Source: Tubulanus polymorphus
Taxonomy: Eukaryota; Animalia; Nemertea
DNA length: 64,000 nucleotides
Direction: 5' to 3'
Assembly: GCF_964204645.1 (NCBI RefSeq)
Contig: NC_134032.1
Span: 7,614,275 to 7,678,274, forward strand
Part shown: piece by piece, positions 36,760-54,774 of the stretch
Numbering within the stretch: the stretch's first letter is position 1
Layout: the number at the start of each line of letters is the position of its first letter
Notes under the pieces: model-generated
Told to the model about the DNA's origin: nothing
Database searches by the model: none
The model's input: the letters and a program-made list of their open reading frames with translations, nothing else
Position numbers and translations under genes: made by a program

Positions 36760-37859
36760 AACTAGAGGGGTCCAGAGACGCTATGCCCTCTTGGGAAATG
36801 CTTTGAAATGCTCAACAATCTTACAATTTCAAATCTGTTGATGATGTTATGGTACTACGATCTCCACCACTTGTAATGGGACTGCTATCTCCACCACTGT
36901 TATGTCACGGATTTCTCCGCCAATGTTGTGTCCTCTGACTCTCCTCTAATGTTGTTCTTACTACTGTTGTACCGTTGGACCTTCCTTTTTTCTCAAGCAG
37001 ATATAAAGTGCTAACAAGACTTCCTTGTATGATGATCACCTTCTGTTCTTATATATTATTCTTCATCCTATTGTTACATATTAGTAGCCTTGTTACATTT
37101 ATAAACCAAATATCAAAAGAAACCCATTGAAGCGGGGGACTTGGTATCCGCCTCTGTCCGTCTGTCCATCCGCATCAGCTTGTGAACGCGATTAAAGAAG
37201 AACCGTTGATCGCAGGACTTTGATATTACAGAGTATGATTACCCCTAGGGAGAGGATGTGCCCTATTGATTTTGGGGTCCAAGGATCAAAGGTCAAGGTC
37301 ACTACAGGTCATTCATGTGAAAGCTTGTGATCACGATTCAAGAAGAACCGTTAATAGCAAGACCAAAATATTACGTATGGTGATTATCCCTAGGCAGAGG
37401 ATGAGCCCTATTGATTTTGGGGTCCAAAAATCAAAGTTCACGGTCACTCAGGTTATTCATGTGAAACCTTGTGAACGCGATTCAAGAAGAACCGTTGATC
37501 GCAGGACTATGATATTATGTATTATGATTATCCCATGGGAGAGGATGTGCCATTTTGATTAAACGTATCTCCAATTAAATGGTGATATTGATATACATGT
37601 ATATATATTGATTAAATGGTGTCCGAGGATTTAAGGTCAAGGTCACTACAGGTCATTCATGTGAAACCTTGTGAACGCGATTTAAGAAGAACCGTATACC
37701 ACAGCACCATGATATTACGTATTATGATTATTACCCCTAGGGAGAGGATGCGCCCTATTGATTTTGGTGTTCAAGGTCCAAAGGTCAAGGTTACTACAGG
37801 TCATTCATGTTTAATCTTGTAAACACGATTCAAGAAGAACCACTGATAACAGGACAATG
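36760..37859 (+). repeat. Helentron/HINE-like non-autonomous element with ~145-bp internal satellite (units at 37179, 37324, 37468, 37668, 37816)
   Basis: GCGGGGGAC + (CTGTCC)n microsatellite + tandem units containing TTTTGGGGTC...AAGGTCAAGGTCAC; probable far end ~39760-39804 (GCGGGGGAC, GATAC-GTA-GTATC hairpin, CCTTGTT). Confidence 0.7.
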
Positions 37860-39641
37860 CTATTTCAGTGTAGAAAACAAATCATCTGCTGTGGGTAACG
37901 GATGCAGATTGTCTTCCAAGACCCGGTTTATCGATACTCTGTAGTCCCCACATATTCTCAACTTCCCATCGGTTTTTGGGACTACCATTATTGGTGAAGC
38001 CCATTCACTGTTTTTCACCTTCTTCAAAATACCTGTCCTTTCTAACTGATCCAGCTCCAAACTAACCCTAGATTTTAGCGAATAAGGCACTGGCCTGGTC
38101 TTACGAAAAACTGGTGTGGTCTCTTCCTTTAATCTAAGGTCAGCTTTGAAGCCTTTAATAGTTCCGGGTTTTTCCCCGAAAACGGTCAGGTACTGTTTTA
38201 GGAGTTTCTCCACCTCAGGGTTGTTACTTAGAATACCGAAAATACGCTGTCAGTCAGGCCGTATTATCTTCAACCAGTTTCTCCCAAGCAAAGCAACTCG
38301 TTCACCTTTTGCGACCACGGGGCAAGTTCGCTTTTTGACCATTTGGTCAACCAACACCTTGACCACTCCAACCGCAGGGATGTCACTGGAATAATTTTTG
38401 AACTGCGACATACACATATCATCAAAAAACACCGATACTGCAGCTGCAGTATCGACCGTAAAACACACATTCTGATTGTTGACAAACATTGTCATAGTTA
38501 TTTCGGATTCGTCACACGCGTTTACAGCATATAATGCAGTTTATTCTTCGATTCCGAAATTCGACGCGATGAAGCTTCTTTTGGTTGCCTCTTGCACGAT
38601 TGGTAGCGCCACCTTTTGGTTTCCATTCGATTCATTTATCCCTGTTCGAACGACAAACCTTTTCAAAGTGATCTCGGCCACCACACTTTCGACGTACCTG
38701 CCCACGAGCTGGACAAACTGAATCGCGGCCATTCTGCCCATTGCGACCACATCGGAAACAAGCGCCACCTCTAGTGCCATCTTTTCTTCCTGGTAACGGA
38801 TCCTAAATTATCAGTTTTTGACACTCGGTTCATGGATTCCTTCTTTTCCATACCACCTTAACCTGCGTCCGTCGAATCCAGTTGATAATCAACAGCTTCT
38901 AACTCGCGTGCTATTGACAGGGCGCCATCTAGTGTTATGGTATTCTCTTTCTAGTAATTTTCGGCGTAGCTCCAAAGAACGACATTTCTCGATAACCTGA
39001 TCCCGGATATCTACCCCTGGATGTGCAAAGTTACAAAATTGAGCCTGCTTTTTTAGTTGGGATACAAAATTGTCAACCATGTCGCCCTTTTTTGGGCCAT
39101 TGAACGAAAAACATGCCTTTCATACGGCTCATTCACCTTCCCAACGGTTCAATGTTCGTAATGCACGCTCATATTCATCGGCAGTATCTTGGACAGCATT
39201 TCCTCCAGCCTCTTGCTCGACCACCGCCGGCCCAAGATCAACTAACGTTTCAATAAGTTCTTGAACCTCCACCCCGCACAGTGGAGAAGTAATGCCTGCT
39301 TCTGGGAGGCCCGTTCTACGCCTTAAGCGGCCAAAAATGCTGAAATGCTTTCCGCCATTTTAACAAACGTGGATCTAACGTTGCAGCATTCCCAGACACG
39401 TCAAACCTTTCAACCGCTTGAATTTCAACCCCTACGAGTGCCATCGTGCGTACCTAATATCAGATGAATCCGCGTAAATCCGGCTCGATTCTCGTCGCCA
39501 AATGTGGTATCTCAACTCAAGCACAAACGCCAACTACTTCTTGGTGGACGTGAGAACTTTTATTAATCAGAACTGTGGCTGATAGCCATCTTTTATTAGG
39601 TCATCAATTACAACCGATAGGGTGCACTGCCGTATATAACA
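37860..39641 (-). mobile_element. Ty3/Gypsy LTR retrotransposon, 5' portion (LTR 39503-39641, PBS, gag, protease, start of RT), decayed
   Basis: 139-bp TG...CA LTR with AATAAA; PBS TGGCGACGAG (39491-39500); gag from ATG at 39444 with degenerate CCHC knuckles; FTVDTAAAVS protease; WASPIMVVPK.DGKLRICGDYR..IN. Confidence 0.9.
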
Positions 39642-40610
39642 TTGATTAACCCATTAATCTCGAATACACTGCAAATGATATTTCATAATTGGTTATCCCT
39701 GGATACACTCATCATTTTTCGATATTAAAGATCAGTGTCTTCAAGAGTCCTTTCCTACTCGCTATCGCGGGGGACGTAGATACGTAGTATCAAATTTCCT
39801 TGTTTGTCCATTGTTCTAGTAAAAACTTGTTGTGTTGTTTCTTTTTGAACAAAAAGATCACAAGACAATTAATTATATCTCATTTTAAGTTTCTTATGCC
39901 TCTAGCTTCTACATCGTTTGTTTATATGATATTTCATTAAAATCAATTCGATCAGTTTTTGGATCGGATCGTTTTGATGCAGCGAGTGACTCTTAGTTTC
40001 ATCAATTCTCGTTCATATCGTGAGAATGCTTTTTTGAGAAAAACTAACATGTCTTTGGTTTTGATATTCAATAATTGTTGGTACTGTCATGGGACACTCT
40101 GTAATTGGGTTCACCCAGTGTATCTGTCTTTCCACTAGGATAGTTAGATATCCCAGAACACTTCTGTACTATGATGTAAAATCAACGAAAGAAATACACG
40201 ACGTATCAGAAGATTTATGAGTATACAAAATACTAATGGTTAATAAAGACTAATAAGTGTATCATTCTATCCTTTATTAGCCCAATAATAAGCTAAACGA
40301 ATTGACAAGTTTATGTTCTGCTATCTACAGATACAGAGATTCTTTATGTATGTCAGTGTCTTTCATGCATTCACACATCAGATAGCGACAAACATCCAAA
40401 CAATCCGGATTAAGCGGGCTCCACGCTTAACAACTCAAACTTAAAACTAAAGATACCACGGATGATATATCGTAAACTAAAATAGTACAGCTAATATATC
40501 ATGAAATTTAACAACTTCATGCATGAACAACTATCCGAAAGGAAAGATGAACACTTTACATTGTATGCCGATTCAAGTACAAGATGGTGTTATATCATGC
40601 CATAGACAGG

Positions 40611-40912
40611 TACTAGGGGTCCAGAGACGCCATGCTCACTTGGGAAGTGCTTTGAAATGCTCAACAATCTAACAATTTCAAATCTGTTGATATTTTCCTC
40701 AAAAAGGGTCACAGGACGGCCGTCTGATTGGGCCAGTTTTTGGACTGAAGATGTATCTAGGACAGATACATTTATAAACCAAATATCAAGAGAAACCCAT
40801 TGAAGCGTCTTTAAAACTTTCCAAAATGACTGGATTCCGTCTACGGATGGACGGACGCTATTACAGACGAACAGTCCTTCTGCAACTTTGAGAGCGTCTG
40901 CAACTTCAAATT
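40611..40912 (+). repeat. Helentron/HINE-like repeat related to 36760-37135
   Basis: Shared ACTAG.GGGTCCAGAGACGC...TGCTTTGAAATGCTCAACAATC and ACATTTATAAACCAAATATCAA.AGAAACCCATTGAAGCG; GACG/GATG microsatellite. Confidence 0.65.
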
Positions 40913-41945
40913 TAATTGAACTGCAACCTTGAAAAAGTGTTCTGACAAATAGACCCTGTGTAAATTTGACTAATACATAATATTCAGCATGCATATAAGA
41001 GTTTACAAATATATCACATGCAATCAAATCTACTAACGAGAAGAATTGAAAAATCAAGGCACTGCTCCTCAAAAGCTGCTTTTGCATGTGATAAAACGAG
41101 TGTAGGCAAACAAGGTGTATTAATATCCCCAATGCTAATTCATTTAAAAGAATAAACCTGGAAACAACGATTTTGTAAAATTTTGCAAATTTAATATATG
41201 AATGGATCAACGAGTAAAAAAATTAAATGAAATATATAACGGTTTTTGAAATGTTTGATTTGAATTAACCATTCTTTTATTCTTATATTTATATTTCTGA
41301 TATTTCGAAATATGACGTTTTATGTAGTGCTTAAAACACAATGAGAAATTACTTAAGCAGGGACGAGAGTCCATAAAACCCACAAGACACCCATTGAATT
41401 AAAGATACAGCCATAGGACACTTACTGTCTTAATGCTTTGCCTGACCGATAAGCAGCCAGAAGTACGGCTAATGTTTTGAGGAGTTTATCCTTTTTTGGA
41501 AATTTTTTCAATTCATGCACCTTGAAATTGATATGACGTTTTCATATTTTGAATCTTATCTATCGAAATCATCTCTAGTTGTACACTCTGAAATAAAAAT
41601 GATGTAAAAATAAACATGATGTACAGGGGAGCAACCAGGTTTTTAAAAAAACTCGTCTTCTTGAAGTTTTAGAGTGTTTGAGGCACTCCTTCATCATCTC
41701 ATTATTCAAAATGTAACCTTGTTCTCTGAGTATTCAAAAACTGAAAGAATGATATGAAGGGTATGGGGCTTCGACGCGCACCTGTTGTAGATGTACTCAT
41801 AAACAATAATGTATTTTCAAAATAAAGGATGAACCTGCATCAGCCATTATTCAGTGAAAAATTCAAACATGAAACCGAAAAATCAATATCTAATGTTATT
41901 CATCTACATGTATATAAATTTATTTCTTCTGTGTACTTATCTCTG

Positions 41946-42200
41946 TCAAAATATGCTTCCTTTGCCAGCGGCATCAAATGGAACATCGGTTTCGTCAACG
42001 TTTTCGTCAAGTTCATTCCAAAAGAAACGATAACCCAGTTTTCCTCTTCCAGCGTTTAAAAGTTCATGTCTAATGGCATTTTCGATATCTATGATTGAGC
42101 TTTCATGGTACCTCCTTTTCAAACCAAGTTCTTTCATGCGACGCTGGATCTGCCTTGTTCAGAAGTGACATGGCGACGAGTGTGGGGTCCGAAATGCTCG
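41946..42200 (-). pseudogene. Short N-terminal HTH fragment of an IS3EU-like transposase
   Basis: RQIQRRMKELGLKRR...DIENAIRHELLNAGRGKLGYR matches the pattern I recall for these proteins; no catalytic domain seen. Confidence 0.45.
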
Positions 42201-42921
42201 TCCAAACAAAAAGGATCAAACTTCAAAGATTTGATAACTATTACAGGCCATAAAATGAGTAAGCACGTATTAATTATACACGATTTCTCAACAGTAAAAG
42301 CTATTTACGATCGCATGATATTGTGTTTATCTATCGTCATTATCTTTATTTCCAATATTTGATAACCTAGGTAAAGATAAGATAGTCGTAATACATGGTT
42401 TCGTAATACACGGTATGGAAGGCATCAACATCGTATAAAATAAATCTCATATGTCATATTAGTGGTCTGGGTGCTCCCCCAGAAAATCTTTTTAAATTAG
42501 ACGCGCGGAGACGCGTTCTGGACACGATCAGAGTACGATATAACTCGCAATTTGAATATTGATTTTCACAACTTTCATGAACGATGTAGGACTGCCGTAA
42601 AATAGCGCTGGTAATTTCATACGACGACATAAGTTCACGCATTTTCAGGGATTTCTCACATGCTTGTCTTCGTTCTCACGAAAAGGTCAGTCCATAACAA
42701 ATTAGCGAGTATTTTAGGGGAGGTGCACGTGCCCCTTGTGCACCCTCTGGATTCGCCGCTGCATATGCCGTATCTCGTATGTGGCATCTCATATCTCGTA
42801 TGTTGTATCTCGTATGTTTCATCTTATATCTCGGATGCCGTCTGGGGTCTTCCATACCATAGTGTAGAACTATGAAATTATTTTGTCAATGCAAGTATTT
42901 TTGTGGAAAATTGAAATGATA

Positions 42922-43168
42922 TGTCTATGCGTCTGTCTGTCCATCTGCCAACCTGTCTATATCTATTTGTCTTTCTGTCTATCCGTCTATATGTGTATCT
43001 CACAAACGCATGTCTATGCCTATTACTGAATTTGTATATCTGCCTGCCTGTATTTCTGGCTATCTTCCACATCTATCTGTCTGTCTATCTATTTGCCTGT
43101 CTGTCTATCTGCCTGCCTGTCTGCCTGGTCGCCTGCCTGCCAGCCTGCCTATCTGTCTGTCTGTCTCA
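42922..43168. repeat. Compound tetranucleotide microsatellite (TCTG/TCTA/CCTG)
   Basis: Direct reading. Confidence 0.9.
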
Positions 43169-44708
43169 GGCGCTGATCCACATGAAATCAGCTTTTTCAG
43201 CAAGTAAAATGTATATGGGGACTCACTTAACCTGTCTTCAGAGTATGGACACTTAAAGGGGAACTGCAGTGAACATTTTTTTTGTACCTATGTGTGTGAG
43301 AAACCCTTATAAATACATTTTCAAAGCAGCAGAAAAACATTTCATCTAATACTTTATTCAAAAAGAGGGTTTTGTAGTGCCTGGTCGCCGTCATTTTCTC
43401 CACCACGTAGCAGACGCTTTTCTCTCGGCTGTGACGTAGTTCGGCCCACTGCGATACGTGTTACTGCTGCTATTCATAGTGTTTTCATCACTTGACGTCC
43501 AATAGCAGTTCTAAACTGCAGCATTATGCCACATCAGCAATTATTTGGATTCGTTTCACACAGCAAGTGGATAAATAAAAGTAAGACCCCACTGGCAGCT
43601 CAGCAGGAGTATTGTAATTGCAATTTTCAACTGAGATCTTCGATGAGTATCTATTTGTGTACACACTGGAGTGTGTGATTGGCTGGGATACGTGATCAAT
43701 GTTTACATGCCTCACTTTGGAATTTTAATATTGCGGCTCTCATCTGCCATAAATTCTGCTGTTAACAGTATTAAAATTGTCGTACGGTGTACAAGTTAAT
43801 TAGGAAGAATTGGAAATTTCAACTAGCATTGTGCTAAGCAACAACTAGAGTAGAAATGAATGGCCTGTTATAATTTTTTGACTGCAGTTTAGCGGTTGTT
43901 ATGTAACTTCAATCAATATTTTTGGTCAGATGTAACACGTGTCTACCCGAGGAAATTTAGAATTTAATACTACCTTCGCGTCGCTTGCACAATACGTTCC
44001 GGAAACAGAGCCACATGAAACATAGAAACATGCGCTCTCCTTCCGTGCCACCTTCATCGGCCTTCTAGTTTTGAGTTCTTTTCTACTGAATAAATTAGCT
44101 TGACTTGAACTAGCTTTTATTCAGTACAGTCTTTTTCTAAAAGCACACTTTAAGCCTATAGCGTGGTCTAGAGAAACGACGTGATCTCCAGAAGGCGGAC
44201 TCAACAAACATAACCGGGTGACCTGTCTGAACTGTTTTTATTAAATTTTCGCAAAATTTCTGTGCGATCTATTGATATCATGACATTAAATTTGCCTTCA
44301 CATTCAATTTGCTAGACTGGTGCCATTTTTAGATTTGCCCGATTAAACTTATAGTGCAACAATTATATCTCCTTTAGAATAGTGCGTACCCTTTTCAGCA
44401 AAGGATAGTGCCTTAGATTGCCTTTTTTGAGAATTTATTTTCATTCACACTTTGCTTAAGAAAAGAAACTTTTTCAAGGGGATTTGAAAGCTGTGAGTAC
44501 CGCACGTGCTCCATGTGCGACAGTCTGGATCCGCGGCTGCGGGGGATCTTCCATAGGGTAATTAAGTCTTCTATAAATAGATGCACTTGTACCAGTTATT
44601 TGGCATTAGCCCCGATATTACACGAACGCTGACAATTAATTATACAGCGCAATTGTTACTAGATATGATACAGTATATAGATTGTTTGTAACGTGGCACG
44701 TACGGACC

Positions 44709-50425
<5,717 letters not shown>

Positions 50426-52869
50426 GCAAGCGTTCTAAAAGGAAAATGCCGTTCGAAAGGCCGGGAATTCTTGAAGAATTCACCTTTGTTACGATTTAGC
50501 TATTTTGGCTCGATAGTAATGAATGCTGTTCGTAAATATTTTATATAACTTGATCGACAAGCAAACACGTATTCAGAATTGATAGTGATCTATTGATTTA
50601 TTCTTCGGTATGAAAACTTCCTGAACAATTTATCCCAAAATTTGAATAGGCGACAAACGAAATACTGAGCCTAAACGCAGACTAATATAAGAAAATTGTT
50701 ATCTTTCTTCTAACTATAGTTCGTAGTAAAACAATATAGAATATCTAACCACGCTTTCCCACGTTCTGTTTGTTCTGATTGTTATATCAACAACACCTGC
50801 TATGCTACTTTTCTATTATGATTGCGTAACGAGTGAATGATTGCTGTCAGAGGGTGTGAGAAGGTTTGTATGTTGTGGAGGGAAAAGGACTTATTTAAGC
50901 CGTTAACTTGGCTTTTCCTAACCCCTCGCATAATTTATTGTTACACTGTTTTTTATTATACATGTATACTTAAATGCTTTGTATCAATGTATTATGTGAA
51001 TAAATACTTATTACTTATTACTGCAAGCGCACACTTACCTGCTCGTGGTTGTTTGAATTGAAAGATAGGATTTGGAAAAGTTAATCGGTTGTAATAACTA
51101 TAATTACGTAGCACATGGTAACTAATTTTCTGACTAACTTTCTGGGACACACTGTAAAAATAAACCATTGAAATGATTGATCGAAGCACCTCCACCATTT
51201 GCACTGGAAACCTCAACAAGAAGACCAACAGGTTGTTACAGTCGAGGACAGATTGTATAAGATTATCTAGTAGTGCGCAGATGGGAAAACTACTTTTGAA
51301 CAAATCGGTTCACGATCATCTGCAAGCCAAGTGATTGCAAGTGATGGAGACAGCACTTCGCTTCCGGGTAAAACTGATCGAAACTTCTCGCTGATCTTTC
51401 TCAACATAATTATGAGCTTCAAAGCTGTCCAAAAACTTTTTCAGTAATATAATTTCAAAACCTGAATGCAACACGTCATATATCGATATCCATCGTTGGT
51501 ACAGACAAATGACGCGTTACTTGTATTTTCTAATTCCGATTAGGCTAAAAAATGATACCTTATTTCTCCTAATCGGCCGTGTAATTTTATATGAGTGTTT
51601 AAACGGCAGATGAGTCTAGGGTCAATAATATGTATATACTTAATATGTCATTACTCCTGCATATCATTTGAACTAAGCAAAAGTTTCGTTTTACTCAAAT
51701 TGGTCTGACCTCTCTGAAATCTCTGAACTTCAGCCACGGATATTTAACTCTAACGGTAAAAAGTACCATCCAACAACTTACCAACAAATGAATAAGAACA
51801 TTTGGTGACTTGCCTCCCTCTTCTGAGCAATATCCCAATTTATCCATGGGTAAAAATGAATTCAGAACATTGACAAACTGGAGTGAATTAAAAAAAAGCT
51901 TTAACGTATTCATTGCGATCAATAATCGTTTTTTGTGTGAAACATTTATTGTGCGAAATATACATAATTGTTTGTAACCATTCACATTCGTCACTAAAAT
52001 TAGGCATACACCAAAACTGGGCCGAATTAAAAGCCAATCATTTATTTCGATGAACATGATGAAGTCATGTATCGTGTATGTTCATTTACATTTGTTTGTA
52101 ATTATGTTTTGTAATTCATATTTGAGGCCACGGCTTAAAGGGTTATAAATAGGTTATGTAATGATGATTTTCCTCACTGTTTTCTAAGCTCAATACCAAA
52201 CTTCTACTGTTAGGTTATCCAACACAGTATCAAATTGTGGGTAGAAAGCAACCTTAAACATTGGATCAGTGACCGTTTGTTTGCGAGTTGTTTCCCACAT
52301 TTTGTAACGGTGTGATACACATCATTAACATACAAGTCCCCGTTTGTACATCTCAATGAAACCCATTTCGTGGATGAATTACTTTTGATACGATCATCCA
52401 GTGTCCTTTTCACATGAAAATTTAAACACCGAACAACATCACCGTTGCGAAAGAAGACCAAGTATTTATCTAGGTAATACCACCTGATTGGGAGGACCAC
52501 AGACTTAAGTATTGAATGAATTTGATTTTTCTGCGGAACGATTTACCCTACGCTATATGTATTGTTAAACCTCAATTATGCTATTTAGTCAAAATTGAAA
52601 TTAATTTATTCTGATAGTTTCCATCATGTCCCAGCCAAGAGATTTATATCAATCAAGATTTGTATACAAAAACCCATTCGGCACTTTCGCCTACACAAGA
52701 TTCGTATTTAACGTACAACTAACTGTAAGGGTAATCTCGATTGACTGTGGTTTTCCTTGCATGAACTGCAACATACTTGGATGCATAATAGGTAGATCAA
52801 CCGGACAAACGTACGCATCAAAATGTCGCACAGAGAGCAATGCTGGCGTTGGTGTCAATACTGAGGCTC

Positions 52870-53059
52870 TTGGTTTGTTTACGTCGTTCGGACCTTGAGG
52901 TGTTTAAACCCTCTTGGATTGTTCATTTAACCTCACAATGGGACGGCATTTCAAGTGTTGCCCCGCACACTGTAAGCAGTCAGCAGGACTCGAACCCACT
53001 TGTAACACAACACTGTTAGTGGATGCAACAGCATCACGCCTCACTGAGCTACCGAGGCC
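52870..53059 (-). mobile_element. tRNA-derived SINE
   Basis: Minus strand GGCCTCGGTAGCTCAGTGAGG (A box)...GGTTCGAGTCC (B box), body, then ACGTAAACAAACCAA tail; sits inside the 52494-53124 repeat. Confidence 0.75.
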
Positions 53060-54149
53060 GCTCGATTCAATAAAAAAAAAACAGAAATAAACATCGACGG
53101 CAAATAACCATCGCGATATTGCAATTTACTATGGAAGCGCTGAAGGGACATACGACTTACTACTCACATTTTACCACGTACTACTTACGCTTTACGACTT
53201 ACTACTTACGTTTTACGAGGAACTACTTACGTTACATTGTCGCTTGAATACGCATGCTCGCGCCAGTATTCGCGCCAAATTCACATGCGTACGGCGCCAT
53301 CCCCACATGTACCACAAACATCATGTTGGTGAAAGGGATCGACGGAAGGGACGCTAGTAAGCGTGTTCTGGTATTTGCCAACATGCTGGACGAGTTGTTT
53401 GTGAAAGGTAGGCCTCTAGGGCTAGACAGGGTCGGATCAAACTACTGTTTCGCGGTAGATCTCATAAGGTTCTTGGCGAAAGGCAGGGGCGGGGATCGAC
53501 TGCCACGCTGCCGCTGGGTGGTACTTGTAGAGAAAGATTTGAATTGTGGGTCGGTTTCACCCTTAAAATGATTGATTGATCAGAAACACCGAACACCAGT
53601 GGCAGCGTGGCAGAATACTATGTAATACCCAAGGTAAAAATCCCCTAGGTAAATATCCCCTGGGTGAAACCCCTGGCTTAGGTAAAAAATCCCCAAATAT
53701 TCAAAGTAGGTAAAAATCCCCATTTGGTTATTTTCCAGGATTATTTCAAAGCAAGATGTTTCTGCAATTTTATTCATTTGCAATGAGACTGAAATAGGCC
53801 TATGTTTGAACTGTGTAAACAAATCTTTGAAATATTCGTTACGATAAATGTTTAAGTAAATTCTTAGGGATTTTTAAAGCTAACCGATGGATCCATCCAT
53901 CTGGGCATAAAACGTACTCCTCCTGATTATTAATTGCTATTCATTTCATTCAACGCATTTCAAAACGAACAATTTTCGCCATTTATTTTCATTTTAGTGA
54001 CATGCAAACTGAAGTATTCACCCGTCAAGTTCGTTTTGTTTGATGATTCCGCTGACATCGACGACGACGTAATATTTCAAATATTTTCGTTATTCCGAAG
54101 AAAGATGGAGCATTTAGATTGATCCTTGATTTAGTTAATTTGAATAAAA

Positions 54150-54750
54150 GTGTGAAATATGAATTGATTCCCTTGCTACAGTCCTGAATTTCGTGACCCC
54201 AGGTTGTTATATGTCTTTTTTAGATCTTAAGGAAGTTTATTATTCCATCCCAACTCATGAAAGCGATAGAAAATATCTTAGATTTATATGGAAAGGTCAA
54301 TTTTTTCAATATATCTGTTTAGCAAATGGAATTTCCTCTGCTCCTAGACTTTCTACGAAGTTATTGAAACCTGTATTTGAACCTTTACGTTCAAGAGGGT
54401 TCATCTCATTTGATTATATCGATGATATATATTTACAAGGATATTCTATAATGGAAAATAGTATTAATACAACTGAAACTGAAATTCAGCTATCTAAAGC
54501 AGGGTACTTAATTCATGAAGTTAGACCAGAGAAGGAAGTAGATACTCAAAGAAAATGGTTAGGATTTTGGTTGAATTCAAAACCTTGGATAGTTTTCATA
54601 AGAAATGATAAAACTGACAAGATCAAGAAAAAATGTCAACAGTTGTTAAATTCTTCTTATCCTTCAATTGGTTGCCAGGGTCATTGGAATTTTAGTCTCT
54701 GTGTTCCCTGCTGTTCCATTTGGGCGACTGCAGTATCGCAAATTACATAG
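54150..54750 (+). pseudogene. DIRS-like (tyrosine-recombinase retrotransposon) reverse transcriptase fragment
   Basis: YMSFLDLKEVYYSIP...RKYLRFIWKG..FQY.CL.NG.SSAPR..TKLLKPV...YIDD...WLGF. Confidence 0.82.
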
Positions 54751-54774
54751 TTAACCCTGAAATCAGGAGCCAGT

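Noticed and set aside
42878-43256. ORFs rich in CLSV/DRQT
   Set aside because: Translations of a tetranucleotide microsatellite.
52985-53059. tRNA gene
   Set aside because: A and B boxes present but no cloverleaf; continues into a SINE body.
53254-53571. GC-richer 105-aa ORF
   Set aside because: No recognisable motif in any frame; flanked by TE-like terminal repeats.
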